A DNA stretch of 63,998 nucleotides, filler included, from Octopus bimaculoides (taxonomy: Eukaryota): the NCBI RefSeq assembly GCF_001194135.2. It is 6 parts of 6 records of this genome, joined end to end, with 100 filler letters (N's around TTAATTAATTAA, not from the genome) between each part and the next. Parts side by side here need not be neighbours in the genome. Positions count along the whole stretch, not along the records: positions 1 to 27,400 come from NC_068983.1; 5 more parts are not named here. One strand, given 5' to 3'. The notes beneath the pieces are model-generated. The model had not been told where the DNA came from and ran no database searches. It saw only the letters and a program-made list of their open reading frames with translations. A program made the translations under genes and the position numbers. Below are positions 13,347 to 24,989 of the stretch, piece after piece (within the stretch, counting starts at the first letter, position 1; every line of letters starts with the position of its first letter).

Positions 13347-13520
13347 TATGCTAGTTGGTATTACATATCATAAACAGGATTTGACTTCAATCCCAGACAC
13401 TTTTCTACTTGAAAATGTTCGGATCATCAGCAAAGCCGGATTTTCCAGTTCATAGGAGATCTTATCACAGGATATACTAATTCTTCTGTAAAAGAGTGGC
13501 AATCACCATTTATGTAAGTA
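12879..13520. repeat. Local duplication, copy 2, directly 3' of the IFT27 stop codon
   Basis: Matches 10136-10760; has a ~19-bp deletion between two 'gac' microhomologies. Confidence 0.9.
13157..13192 (-). promoter_or_regulatory. Candidate IFT27 polyadenylation signals (two AATAAA)
   Basis: Plus-strand TTTATT at 13157-13162 and 13187-13192, about 600 nt past the stop codon. Usage is inferred. Confidence 0.4.
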
Positions 13521-13785
13521 TGTATGTATGTGTGCGTGTATGTGTGTGTAAGTGTATGTATGTATGTATTTGTGTATGTGTGTGTGAAGATGTATGCATG
13601 TATGTGGAGTGTGTGTGTGAGAGAAGATGTATGCATGTGGAGAATGTACATATATGTGTGTGTGTGAGGATGTTTACATATATGTAGAGAGTGTGTGTGT
13701 GTGTGAGAGAGAGGATGCATGCATGTATGTGTGGAGTGTGCATTAATGTGTGTGTGCGTGTGCGTGTGTGTGTGTGTGTAGGTGC

Positions 13786-13884
13786 TTAAGTAAGACTACT
13801 GAAATGTTCTAAAGAAGCTTCATATTTCTTGGTGAAACTCAACGCCAGATGCTGGAATGGGTTGTCGATGTTAACCATATCTTT
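13786..13884 (-). CDS. IFT27: IFT27 terminal coding exon 7 (99 bp including TAA)
   Basis: Long pyrimidine tract ...cttcttcttccag|AAAGAT; encodes KDMVNIDNPFQHLALSFTKKYEASLEHFSSLT*. Confidence 0.92.
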   Translation of the reverse strand, partial: KDMVNIDNPFQHLALSFTKKYEASLEHFSSLT

Positions 13885-15079
13885 CTGGAAGAAGAAGAAG
13901 GAGAAGAAATGAAGGAAACAATGGATGAATGAAAGAGTGAAGAAGAACAAGAACTTCACACAAATTCATAAATTTCCAGTGACGAGTTTGGTATTAAGAT
14001 TACGGGTAATTTCACGTGAGATGACAAAGGACCGAGATATCTGGCCCCTTGCTGTACTCAAGAAGACCCGTCCTATACAGCAGAGGTGATGAGACCACTT
14101 CTCCTGGTGAGGAGGAGCAGCCAGCAAGACTCCTGTGCTAGCGCCATGTTAAAAGTATTTGTGCCAGTGCCACATTATAGCGCTCATGCTTGGTGCCAGA
14201 TTAAAAGCACTCAGCACACACTCTGTAAAGTGGTTGGCGTTAGGAAGAACATCCACCCGTAGAAACCAAGCGAAGTCAGACTGGAACCTGGTGCAGCTCT
14301 CCAGTTTGCCAGCTCCAGACTGTCCAACCCATGCTAGCATGGAAAATGGACGTTAAAGGATGATGATGACGATGATGGACACTGATACACAGTCAAAAAT
14401 GTTGGCTGAGGGGGATGGCATGGTTGCTTAAACTAATACCAGTAATTACTCTTAATTTTATTGGCTTGGTAATTACATTAGTAATTCAAGTTTTAAAATA
14501 ATTGTTGCTGTTTAGCTTGAATGTCACCCGAGTCAAATAGATTTATGATAAAAGGCATTCCAGCCTTGACCATCCCTGCTTTTTGGAAGATATACACAAT
14601 TAATTCTCTTATATGTGTTCTTCGATTTTTTTTCTATTTTTAAGGGAGTGATCTGATGGAAATTTAGCTGTTATTTCTTGCATTTCTATCCGGCCAAATG
14701 ACCACATACAGATTCCTGCTGAATCAGCTCTGGTGTTAATTTGTCCAAGATCAGCTACAAGACATACAGGCCAAGCAATTGACAGCTCAAGTAAAGGGCA
14801 GATGAAGTTTTTGGATAGAACAGGTTAGAAGATACTTACCACAGAGCATTCACAAAACTCAGCATCATATTTTCTGGCAAGTCCTTCACCTTCCTCTTTA
14901 GATATTTTCCGCTGCTCTTCCAGGTCAGTCTTATTGCCAACTACAAAACCTATAGTTAAGGAACGGACAAGATAGAAATGAAACCTTTTTGCAAAGCAGT
15001 TCTAGCCTCAGCTGTTTGGCATCAGTGATTAAACGCTGACTTACTCAACATCAGACGTTTTAATCTTTCTCATCTTCTC

Positions 15080-15124
<45 letters not shown>

Positions 15125-18100
15125 ATTTCTCTGTATGTATAAGAGGAGGAGGAAAGTAATGTTTCTTTCTCTCTCCCTCTCTCTTTGTTTATGTGCGTGA
15201 GCATCTATGTATATATACCTTGTTTCACTCCCCTTCTCTTTGTTTATGTGTGTGAGCATATTTCCCTCTATGTATATGAGGAGAGGAAAAATGTTTATGT
15301 CAGTCGTGTTCAATTAATAAATTATAATCTCTCTCTCTCTCTCTCCCTCCCTCTCGCTAATTCCCTCTCTCCCTCCCTCCTGCTAATTCCCTCTCTCCCT
15401 CTCTTTCTCCTTCTTTCTCTCTTTCTAACTCTCTTCCTCTATGTATGTGAGCATCTATATTTATATCTAATGTCTCTTTCTCCTCTCTCTCGGAGAGAGT
15501 GTGTATGTGTGTGTGAGAGAGAGAGAGAGTGTGTGTGTGTGTGTGTTTGCCTCTAGTGCCAAAATGTACTGTTGCCCAAACTGGTTGAATGTCCAGTCAG
15601 CCATGCAAAATCATCAGTGAACAAACAACCATGCCTAATTGTTTCATTCCAAACCAGGATCTATGCTCTCTTTGTTTGCATCATGTTCAAATATAAGAAA
15701 TAAATGTCTACACATACAGCTGTTAATGCTATAAATTGTTTTTTTTTCCACCACGAGAGCCTTCATCAGGCAAGACTTATGAACAAAGATGCTCCAGCTG
15801 TGTTAATAATGTCTTTTATTGAGACGTGGTATATTTCAGAGTGTCTTTAGAGAAATTTGGCTGCTATTTCTAGCAGTTCAAGCAACCACATAAAGGTAAC
15901 TTTGTTGGTTTGATATATATATATGTGTGTGTGTGGAGGCGTAATGGCCCAGTGGTTAGGGCAGCAGACTTGCGGTCATAGGATCACAGTTTCGATTCCC
16001 AGACTGGGCGTTATGAGTGTTTGTTGAGCGAAAACACCTAAAGCTCCATGAGGCTCCGGCAGGGGGTAGTGACAGACCCTGCTGTGCTCTTTCACCACAA
16101 CTTTCTCTCACTCTTTCTTCCTGTTTCTGTTGTACCTGTATTTCAAAGGGCCAGCCTTGTCATGCTGAATCTCCCTGAGAACTATGTTAAGGGTACACAT
16201 GTCTGTGGAGTGCTCAGCCACTTGCACGTCAATTTCGCTGTTCTGTTGATTGGAGCAACTGGAACCCTCGTCATCGTAACCGACGGAGTGCCACAAGATA
16301 TATATATATATATANNNNNNNNNNNNNNNNNNNNNNNNNNNNNNNNNNNNNNNNNNNNNNNNNNNNNNNNNNNNNNNNNNNNNNNNNNNNNNNNNNNNNN
16401 NNNNNNNNNNNNNNNNNNNNNNNNNNNNNNNNNNNNNNNNNNNNNNNNNNNNNNNNNNNNNNNNNNNNNNNNNNNNNNNNNNNNNNNNNNNNNNNNNNNN
16501 NNNNNNNNNNNNNNNNNNNNNNNNNNNNNNNNNNNNNNNNNNNNNNNNNNNNNNNNNNNNNNNNNNNNNNNNNNNNNNNNNNNNNNNNNNNNNNNNNNNN
16601 NNNNNNNNNNNNNNNNNNNNNNNNNNNNNNNNNNNNNNNNNNNNNNNNNNNNNNNNNNNNNNNNNNNNNNNNNNNNNNNNNNNNNNNNNNNNNNNNNNNN
16701 NNNNNNNNNNNNNNNNNNNNNNNNNNNNNNNNNNNNNNNNNNNNNNNNNNNNNNNNNNNNNNNNNNNNNNNNNNNNNNNNNNNNNNNNNNNNNNNNNNNN
16801 NNNNNNNNNNNNNNNNNNNNNNNNNNNNNNNNNNNNNNNNNNNNNNNNNNNNNNNNNNNNNNNNNNNNNNNNNNNNNNNNNNNNNNNNNNNNNNNNNNNN
16901 NNNNNNNNNNNNNNNNNNNNNNNNNNNNNNNNNNNNNNNNNNNNNNNNNNNNNNNNNNNNNNNNNNNNNNNNNNNNNNNNNNNNNNNNNNNNNNNNNNNN
17001 NNNNNNNNNNNNNNNNNNNNNNGTACCGCCTGACTGGCTCCCGTAGGATTTTCGAGCGAGATCGTTGCCAGTGCCCCTGGACTGGCTTGTGCGGGTGGCA
17101 CATAAAAGACACCATTTCGAGCGTGGCCGTTTTCGTGCGGGTGACACGTAAAAGCACCCACTACACTCTCTGAGTGGTTGGCGTTAGGAAGGGCATCCAG
17201 CTGTAGAAACTCTGCCAAATTAGATTGGAGCCTGGTGTTGCCATCCGGTTTCACCAGTCCTCAGTCAAATCGTCCAACCCATGCTAGCATGGAAAGCGGA
17301 CGTTAAACGATGATGATGATGATGATGATCTTTTTTGTTTCTTGTAAGAATAAATACCCAATCTTTCTCTACAGTTTTTCAAAGTTATACTACGTTTAAA
17401 ATTTACTCTCTTGTCTGGAAAATACCAGCTGAGGGCAGCTACTTTGAGTAAACTCTTATTTTCCAACCTTAATCCAGATTGATATTTTGGGGATTTTGTT
17501 TAAAACACATTAATTTAGGATGAGGTATTATAGTTTTTTTTTCCAGTTTATGCAAACTGTCAATTTTAGCCTTAACACACTGACAGGATTCATGCCACAC
17601 ATTGCTTACTGATTGCTATACTATAACAAGTTTCACAATGAGTACAATATGATGAGCCAGTGGAAAAGAAGCTACAAACAGTTACAGTTCAAACTAATAT
17701 TCCAAATGTATGTTTACTTACAAATAACAGATCCTTTGGGGTTTCTCTTAAGAATTTGTTCCAGGTAGTTGTTACATTCTTCAAATGATTTTGTGTCTGT
17801 AATGTCATAAAGTGCTATCACTAATGAGGCATTTGAATACTGAAATAGATCAACACAAGAATTAATATAATTAAAATAAAATAATTACAATAATTGCTGT
17901 TATTATTATCATTATTTCTGAAGATGGAGAGCTGGCAGAATTGTTAGCATGCCAGGCAAAATGCATAACAGTATTTCATCCATCCTTACATTCTGAGTTC
18001 AAATTCTGCAAAGGTCGACTTTGCCTTTCATCCTTTCGGGGTTGATAAATTAAGTACCAGTGGAACACTGGAAGTGATGTAATCGACTCTTCCCTTCAAA

Positions 18101-19792
18101 ATAGGGTGCTGGTGACAGGAAGGACATCCAGATGATGAAACTCTGCTGCAAGGGGAAACAACAATCTCCCTGTGTCTCAAACAACAAACAACCCAGAGAA
18201 CTAGAAACAAAGGACTGCATGTGATCTTTCCCATTGTAATACTACTGCTAATTAGTGTGTATGTGCGTGGAGGCGCAATGACCCAGTGGTTAGGGCAGCG
18301 AACTCGCGGTCATAGGTTTGCGGTTTCGATTCCCAGACCGGGTGTTGTGAGTGTTTATTGAGCGAAAACACCTAAAGCTCTACGAGGCTCCGGCAGGGGA
18401 TGGTGGTGAACCCTGCTGTACCCTTCCACCACAACTTTCTCTCACTCTTTCTTCTTGTTTCTGTTGTGACTGTAATTCAAAGGGCCAGCCTTGTCACACT
18501 CTGTGTCACGCTGAATATCCCCGAGAACTACATTAAGGGTGCACATGTCCGTGGAGTGCTCAGCCACTTGCATGTTAATTTCACGAGCAGGCTGTTCTGT
18601 TGATCGGATCAACTGGAACCCTCGACGTCGTAAGCGACGGAGTGTCAACAACAAGTGTGTATGTGTATGGGTTTCCATGCAAGTAGAACTAGTCTGGGTG
18701 ACCGTGATAGATAGCAAATCTTATGCAGTGATACATTATCCTGGTAAACTATGAAATTAAACTGCAACTATGCTATTAAGTTGATAAAAGCTAAGTCGCA
18801 GTAAGCATGCATTGTTACACACACAGAATAAATATAAAGGAAGAACTACAAAAGGCCACTGAGTGCAGCACTGTGTTCTTTGTAAAATACTTAACTTTCA
18901 ATGACCTGCTCTCATTTTTACCATCTTAAATAATGAAGGATGTATTAAATAATTTGGTCTGACGTGCATTGCTGGTGTTGTCAATATCATTTTGACATTT
19001 ACTTTCCTATCTTAGTATGAACCAGACAGAATTCATTGTAGAAGGCAGTGAGCTGGCAGAAAAGTTAGCACGCCGGGCGAAATGCTTTGCGGTATTTCGT
19101 CTGCCGTTACGTTCTGAGTTCAAATTCCGCCGAGGTCGACTTTGCCTTTCATCCTTTCGGGTTCGATAAATAAAGTACCAGTTATGCACTGGGGTCGATG
19201 TAATCGACTTAATCCCTTTGTCTCTCCTTGTTTGTCCCCTCTATGTTTAGCCTCTTGTGGGCAATAAAGAAATAAGAATTTATTGTAGAAGGTTTTCTGC
19301 AGTTAAATACTCTTCTTGTTGCCAGCTCTAGCTTGTTTTTAAGCAAGGTGATATTTCTCCAGGACTGGCTTTCAAGACAAGGTTGGAAATTAATACAGTA
19401 ACAGTTGTTTGCAAATCTGGTGCAATATAAAGATACACACACACACACACGACAGGTGTCTTTCAGCTTCCATCTAACAAATCCATTCACAAGGGTCTGG
19501 TTGACCCAGGGCAATAGTAGGAGACACATGCCCAAGGTACCATGCAGTGGAATTCTTTCTTTTATTCTTTTACTTGTTTTCAGTCATTTGACTGCGACCC
19601 TGCTGGAGCACCGCTTTGGGGGATTTTAGTCAAACAAATCAAGTTCAGGACTTATTTTTTTTATTTTTAAGCCTAGTACCTATTCTATCAGTTATTTTTG
19701 CTGAACTACTAAGTCATGGGGGATGTAAACACACCAATACCAGTTGTCAAGTGGTGATGGGGGAACAAAGACACACATACATATGTGTATAT

Positions 19793-19840
<48 letters not shown>

Positions 19841-21951
19841 TTATCATCATCATTTAACATCCGCTTTCCATGCTAGCATGGGTTGGACAATTTGACTGGG
19901 AAATGGCGAACCAGATGGCTACACCAGACTCCAATCTGATCTGGCAGAGTTTCTACAGCTGGATGCCCTTCCTAATGCCAACCACTCCGAGAGTGTATTG
20001 GGTGCTTTTTATGTGCCATATACATACATACATATATACACACACACAATGCGCTTCTTTCAGTCTCTGTCTACCAAATCCACTTACAAGGCTTTGGTCG
20101 GCCTGACGCTATAGTAGAAGACACTTGCCCAAGATGTCACGCAAGTCTGAACAAAAAAACAAAACAAAACAATGGGCAGTGCTCCATGAGAAACGTTTTT
20201 TTTTTTTTACCATTTGAAGCTGGTTTGAAGCTGAACAACAAAAAACTTCCCAAATCAAATCCATATGCTTTAACTATTGCCAATATTTAGAGGATTTTCA
20301 TGTAGTCAGTTCATGATTATATTTGATAGAAGCATCAAGAAATGAAGAATATGACAGAAATAACAATCTAGGAGCTACATGGTTATTTTATCTTTCATTT
20401 TTCTTTTACTTGTTTTGGTCACTGGATGACAGAGATGCTAGGGCACTATATTGAAGGGCTTACTCAAACAAATTGACTCTGGCACCTTTTTTTTTTTAAA
20501 GTCTGGTACTGGTATATTACTGTTGGTCTCTTTTGCCAAACAGCTAAGTTACAGGGACATAAACAAACCAACACCAGTTGTCAAGCAGGAGAAGAGGGAC
20601 AAACTCAAATACATGCACGCGCACACACAGACACACACACACAACAGGCTTCCTAACAGTTTCTGTTTAATGAATTTATTCTCAAAGCATTGATCAGCCA
20701 GGAACTATAATAGAAGATACTTGTCCAAGGTACCACACATTAAGACTGAGTTATAAAAAAAAAACAGAAAAGAAAAGGTGGGAAAGTAACATGGATGAAA
20801 TTTAATAGAAAAAGTTAAAATAAAACTTACAAAGTTTTGTACAAATTCTGAATAGCAATCTTTTGATGGAGTATCAAACATTATAAATTCCTGTAAGATA
20901 AAGGAAAGCAAAATTCGGTGTTAAACCTTTCAATGCCAACCACATTGAAACTAGACTCGTCCTTGATCCCATGCTATCGACACTTTCAAAACAGCTGCTA
21001 TTAATATATTTGCATTTAAATTGAAATTTTAAATGAAATCTTGTTAGTACATGAATGTTAGTACAAAGATTTCATCAGATAAAAAATTCCAGCTTAGTTT
21101 TGTTTAATAATCCATTAAAAAAAAAAAAAATTATTTTCAGTTTTATTCCTAATACCAAATTAATATACCAGTCATCATCATCATCATCGTCATCATTATT
21201 GTCACCACTACCACCACCACCACCACCTTCATCATTGACATCATTATCGTCACCTTCATCATCATCATTATTGTCACCACCACCACCATCATCATCATTG
21301 GTTAACATCTACTTTTCCGTGCATGCATGGGTCAGACAGAATTTTTCTTGAGGCAGATTTTCTACATCCAAACGAACCATGCAATCTTGAGTTTAGTCTG
21401 AAGATCACATGTTTCATCAGGGGGATCATTTGGCCAAAGAATTTTCACCTCAAGCAATTTTGTCTGACCCATGCAAGCATGAAAATGTGAACATTAAATG
21501 ATGATATCCAACTACAGTACAGACAATTCAAACTGGTGCTGAGCTTAAAACCATTTTCTGATTCTTCGTTTTCTGTTTTGTTTTTTTCTTGTTACAAACA
21601 GAGCGGATATGGCACCAGATAATGAACCACCGCTCGGCGACGGCCCAATCCCTTCTCCATCGAGCGAGCGAGGAATCTATGGAAGTGGCGGATTTTCATC
21701 GTCGCAAACGCGCGCGACACCCTGATGCCAAACTGGCCGACCGACAACCAAGGCAGCAAAAAAACGCCACGACAACCGAAATACCAAATATTAATTTGTT
21801 ATTAGATTTTCTGATTCTTGTTTCAGTTATTTCATTATGCTTTTGTCTCATAATTGTACTAGAAGAGAAATCAAAAAAGACGGATGCTTACAACACTGTA
21901 ACGGGTGCCTGGAACTCGGACAGATTTCACAACAATATCCACATTTGTTGT
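13786..21951 (-). CDS. IFT27: Intraflagellar transport protein 27 (RABL4), partial: coding exons 3-7 joined 21951-21892, 20890-20831, 17839-17722, 14949-14840, 13884-13786
   Basis: Spliced translation: TTNVDIVVKSVRVPGTRYSV-EFIMFDTPSKDCYSEFVQNF-YSNASLVIALYDITDTKSFEECNNYLEQILKRNPKGSVIC-FVVGNKTDLEEQRKISKEEGEGLARKYDAEFCECSV-KDMVNIDNPFQHLALSFTKKYEASLEHFSSLT*. It is a Rab-like fold with G4 NKTD and G5-like CSVK, and it lacks a CAAX tail. It aligns by eye to IFT27 (TTGMDLVVKTVPVP..ELFIFDSAGK..VGNKTDL..ETSVKEMENFEAPFHCLA). All introns are GT-AG with phases 0,0,1,0. Exon sizes 60/60/118/110/99 match the vertebrate IFT27 structure as I recall it. Confidence 0.93.
14017..14372 (+). mobile_element. RTE LINE 3' end in IFT27 intron 6
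   Basis: Encodes EMTKDRDIWPLAVLKKTR, followed by the shared 3' UTR and (GAT)n. Confidence 0.75.
14840..14949 (-). CDS. IFT27: IFT27 exon 6 (110 bp, G4 NKTD)
   Basis: ccttaactatag|GTTTTGTA...TCTGTG|gtaagt; encodes (C)FVVGNKTDLEEQRKISKEEGEGLARKYDAEFCECSV. Confidence 0.95.
15934..16293 (+). mobile_element. tRNA(Arg)-like-headed SINE in IFT27 intron 5
   Basis: ggaggcgtaatggcccagtggttagggcagcagacttgcggtc...tttcgattccc; paralogous to 18268-18655. Confidence 0.82.
17023..17328 (+). mobile_element. Young RTE-type 3' end with (GAT)n tail
   Basis: Reverse complement of 7888-8216; begins at an N gap. Confidence 0.8.
17722..17839 (-). CDS. IFT27: IFT27 exon 5 (118 bp)
   Basis: ctatttcag|TATTCA...GTTATTT|gtaagt; encodes YSNASLVIALYDITDTKSFEECNNYLEQILKRNPKGSVI, ends in phase 1. 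Confidence 0.92.
18268..18655 (+). mobile_element. tRNA(Arg)-like-headed SINE in IFT27 intron 4
   Basis: Same family as 15934-16293. Confidence 0.82.
19025..19275 (+). mobile_element. Near-intact Nin-like-domain SINE with AATAAAG-type tail
   Basis: ggcagtgagctggcaga...gtcgactttgcctttcatcctttcggg...tttgtcccctctatgtttagcctcttgtgggcaataaagaaata. Other copies at 17926+, 28955-, 29265-29500-, 42040-42700-, 48740-49200+, 50952-51165+, 57285-57446-. Confidence 0.82.
19844..20019 (-). mobile_element. RTE-type 3' tail copy in IFT27 intron 4
   Basis: Starts with (CAT)n and is the reverse complement of the family tail. Confidence 0.75.
20831..20890 (-). CDS. IFT27: IFT27 exon 4 (60 bp, G3 / switch II)
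   Basis: ctttatcttacag|GAATTT...AACTTT|gtaagt; encodes EFIMFDTPSKDCYSEFVQNF. Confidence 0.92.
21567..21805. other. GC/CpG-rich ~240-bp insert flanked by a 14-bp direct repeat, in IFT27 intron 3
   Basis: ATTTTCTGATTCTT at 21553-21566 and 21806-21819; A-rich end on the minus strand. Confidence 0.6.
21892..21951 (-). CDS. IFT27: IFT27 exon 3 (60 bp, switch I / G2 region)
   Basis: tttttctttttgtag|ACAACAAAT...TACAGTGTT|gtaagc; encodes TTNVDIVVKSVRVPGTRYSV. Confidence 0.92.
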
Positions 21952-22756
21952 CTACAAAAAGAAAAACATAAACCAACAATAATTAAAGTGTAAGGAAAAG
22001 AAATTTTGGTGCTACTTTGGTGTGTGATCTACAAATTAAAGGGCAATTACTTTAGGTTACTTTTTAGTTTACTTTTCAATTTCTAGTGAGATCACAGTTG
22101 TAGCCTATGCCAGTGTCACATAACCAACCCACTCAAAAAGTACCTTTGGATTATAGGGCGACATGCCGTGCTTGAGGAGACCTCAAGTACTATTGAGTGA
22201 AGTACATCAATGATGTTTCGACATTTTTGTGGCTTATCAACATCACTTACCAAACAGGACTAGAGATGAATCATTTCAACAGTTCATAACTTATACGCAT
22301 ATAAGTAAATCTGAAGGTGGACAAATTTTACACTGCACTGTACTATGGTCTTAACACAATATACTATAACTACATATATATATATTACTCTTTTACTTGT
22401 TTCAGTCATTTGACTGCAGCCATGCTAGAGCACTGCCTTTAGTTGAACAAATCGACCTCAGAACTTATTTTCTGTAAGCCGAGTACTTATTCTATCGATC
22501 TCTTTTTGCTGAACTGCTAAGTTACGGGGATGTAGACACACCAACATTGGTTGTCAAGCAATGGTGGGAGAACAAACACAGAGACACAAACATATATATA
22601 TATATATGATGGGCTTCTTTCAGTTTCCATCAAGCAAATCCATTCACAAGGCTATAGTAGAAGACACTTGCCCAAGGTGCTATGCAGTGGGACTGAACCC
22701 AGAACCATGTGGTTGGTAAGCAAGCTACTTACCACACAGCCACTCCTGTGCCTATG

Positions 22757-22788
<32 letters not shown>

Positions 22789-24879
22789 TGCGTGTGTAGA
22801 CATACCCACACACATACATATAACAGGCTTCTTTCAGTTTCCATCTACCAAATCCCCTCCCAAGGCTTTAGTTGGCCTAAGGCTATAGTAGAAAACACTC
22901 GCCATATAGTGGGATTGAACCTGAAGCCATGTAGTCAGGAAGCAAACTTCTTAACCACTCAGCCAAGCCTGCACCTATTGTTACATTTCCTTACATTCCT
23001 CAAACTTCGTAAGCTTCCTCTGTACAAGAGTGGAGCTGGCCCACTTTGCACTTTAATCATATTTCTAAATATAAAAATTCAATTGTTTTATATTTCTTTT
23101 TATAGTGACTGGAGCAACATGAAACGAAGTGTTTTGGACCAAAAACACAATGCACTGCCTGACCTGGTAATTGAAACCAGTCTTGCAATCACGAGTGCAA
23201 CACCCTAACCACTAGGCTAGACACCTTCACACACACAAAGGCTTCCAAAGTCTCTGTCTACCAAATTCACTCACAAGGGAACTGATCAGACTAGGGCTTT
23301 AGTAGAAAGTGCTTGTTGAGTTTGCTGCATGCTGGGACTGAACTCAAAACCGCATGGTCGCAAAATGAAATTCCTAACCACACAGCCATGCCTGCACCTA
23401 CATTGTTTTAATGACGTAAAAAGCACCATCCGAACATGGTCGATACCAGGGATACCTGACTGGCTCCCGTGCCGGTGGCATGTAAAAAGTACTATCCAAA
23501 TGTGATCGATACCGGGGACATCTGACTGGCTCCTGTGCTGGTGGCACGTAAAAAGCACCCACTACACTCTTGGAGTGGTTGACGTTAGGAAGGACATTCA
23601 ACTGTAGAAACATTGCCAGATCAGACTGGAGTCTGGTGCAGCCTTCTGGCTTTCCAGACCTCAGTCAAACCATCCAACCCATGCCAGCATGGAAAATGGA
23701 CATTAAACGATGATGATGATGACAACCACCCTTTCATTTTGGCAGTGGCGCTGATCAGAGATAGGGGGGTAATTCTATACAAGATAGTCAAGCTATCAAG
23801 TTATATTGTTTCTAATTTTGTATCATTATCATTATCATCATAGCTACTATCACATGCATGTGTGTGTGTGTGTGTGTGTTTGTCTCTGTGTGTCCTTGCA
23901 TTGATGTCAAATAATAAGTTTAGGATTTGGTTTTATATCCCAAAGCAGGAGGACTGCAGCTATTTTTTTACCTTTTCTTTTACTTCTTTCAGTCATTTGA
24001 CTGCGGCCATGCTGGAGCATTGCCTTTAGTCGAGCAAAATTGACCCCAGAACTTATTTTTTATAAGCCTGGTACTTATTCTATTGGTTTCTTTTGCTGAA
24101 CACAGACAAACAAGACACACAAACATATACACACATATACATACANNNNNNNNNNNNNNNNNNNNNNNNNNNNNNNNNNNNNNNNNNNNNNNNNNNNNNN
24201 NNNNNNNNNNNNNNNNNNNNNNNNNNNNNNNNNNNNNNNNNNNNNNNNNNNNNNNNNNNNNNNNNNNNNNNNNNNNNNNNNNNNNNNNNNNNNNNNNNNN
24301 NNNNNNNNNNNNNNNNNNNNNNNNNNNNNNNNNNNNNNNNNNNNNNNNNNNNNNNNNNNNNNNNNNNNNNNNNNNNNNNNNNNNNNNNNNNNNNNNNNNN
24401 NNNNNNNNNNNNNNNNNNNNNNNNNNNNNNNNNNNNNNNNNNNNNNNNNNNNNNNNNNNNNNNNNNNNNNNNNNNNNNNNNNNNNNNNNNNNNNNNNNNN
24501 NNNNNNNNNNNNNNNNNNNNNNNNNNNNNNNNNNNNNNNNNNNNNNNNNNNNNNNNNNNNNNNNNNNNNNNNNNNNNNNNNNNNNNNNNNNNNNNNNNNN
24601 NNNNNNNNNNNNNNNNNNNNNNNNNNNNNNNNNNNNNNNNNNATATATATATATATATATATACATACATACAACGATGGGCTTCTTTCAGTTTCAATCT
24701 ACCAAACCCACTCACAAGGCTTTAGTCAGCCCGACGCTATAGTAGAAGACATTTGCCCAAGGTGCCATGCAGTGGGACTGAACCCGGAACCATGTCATTG
24801 AGAAGCAAGCTTCTTACCACATAGCCAGGCCTTCACCTACATAACCAATTTATTTCACATAAACTTTACTGGTCTAAAG

Positions 24880-24989
24880 CAGTTTTTTTTTTTTCATGGC
24901 CCTGAAAAATTACCGTGGACCCACAATTTACTGTATTGCATTTGTGGACCCACAAAAATTTTTATATGCATCGCAGTTGAGAACCCCTG
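24880..24989. mobile_element. Degenerate hAT MITE
   Basis: Right TIR gttgagaacccctg; near-TSD gtctaaag / tcctaaag. Confidence 0.55.

Noticed and set aside
15934-16010. tRNA-Arg-like sequences at SINE heads (also 18268, 5533, 9264)
   Set aside because: They continue into SINE bodies and lack an intact cloverleaf and terminator; not tRNA genes
20928-20950. 8-bp hairpin followed by an ACA near the intron 3 branch region (possible H/ACA snoRNA)
   Set aside because: No first hairpin or H box recognisable, and the stem is short enough to be chance
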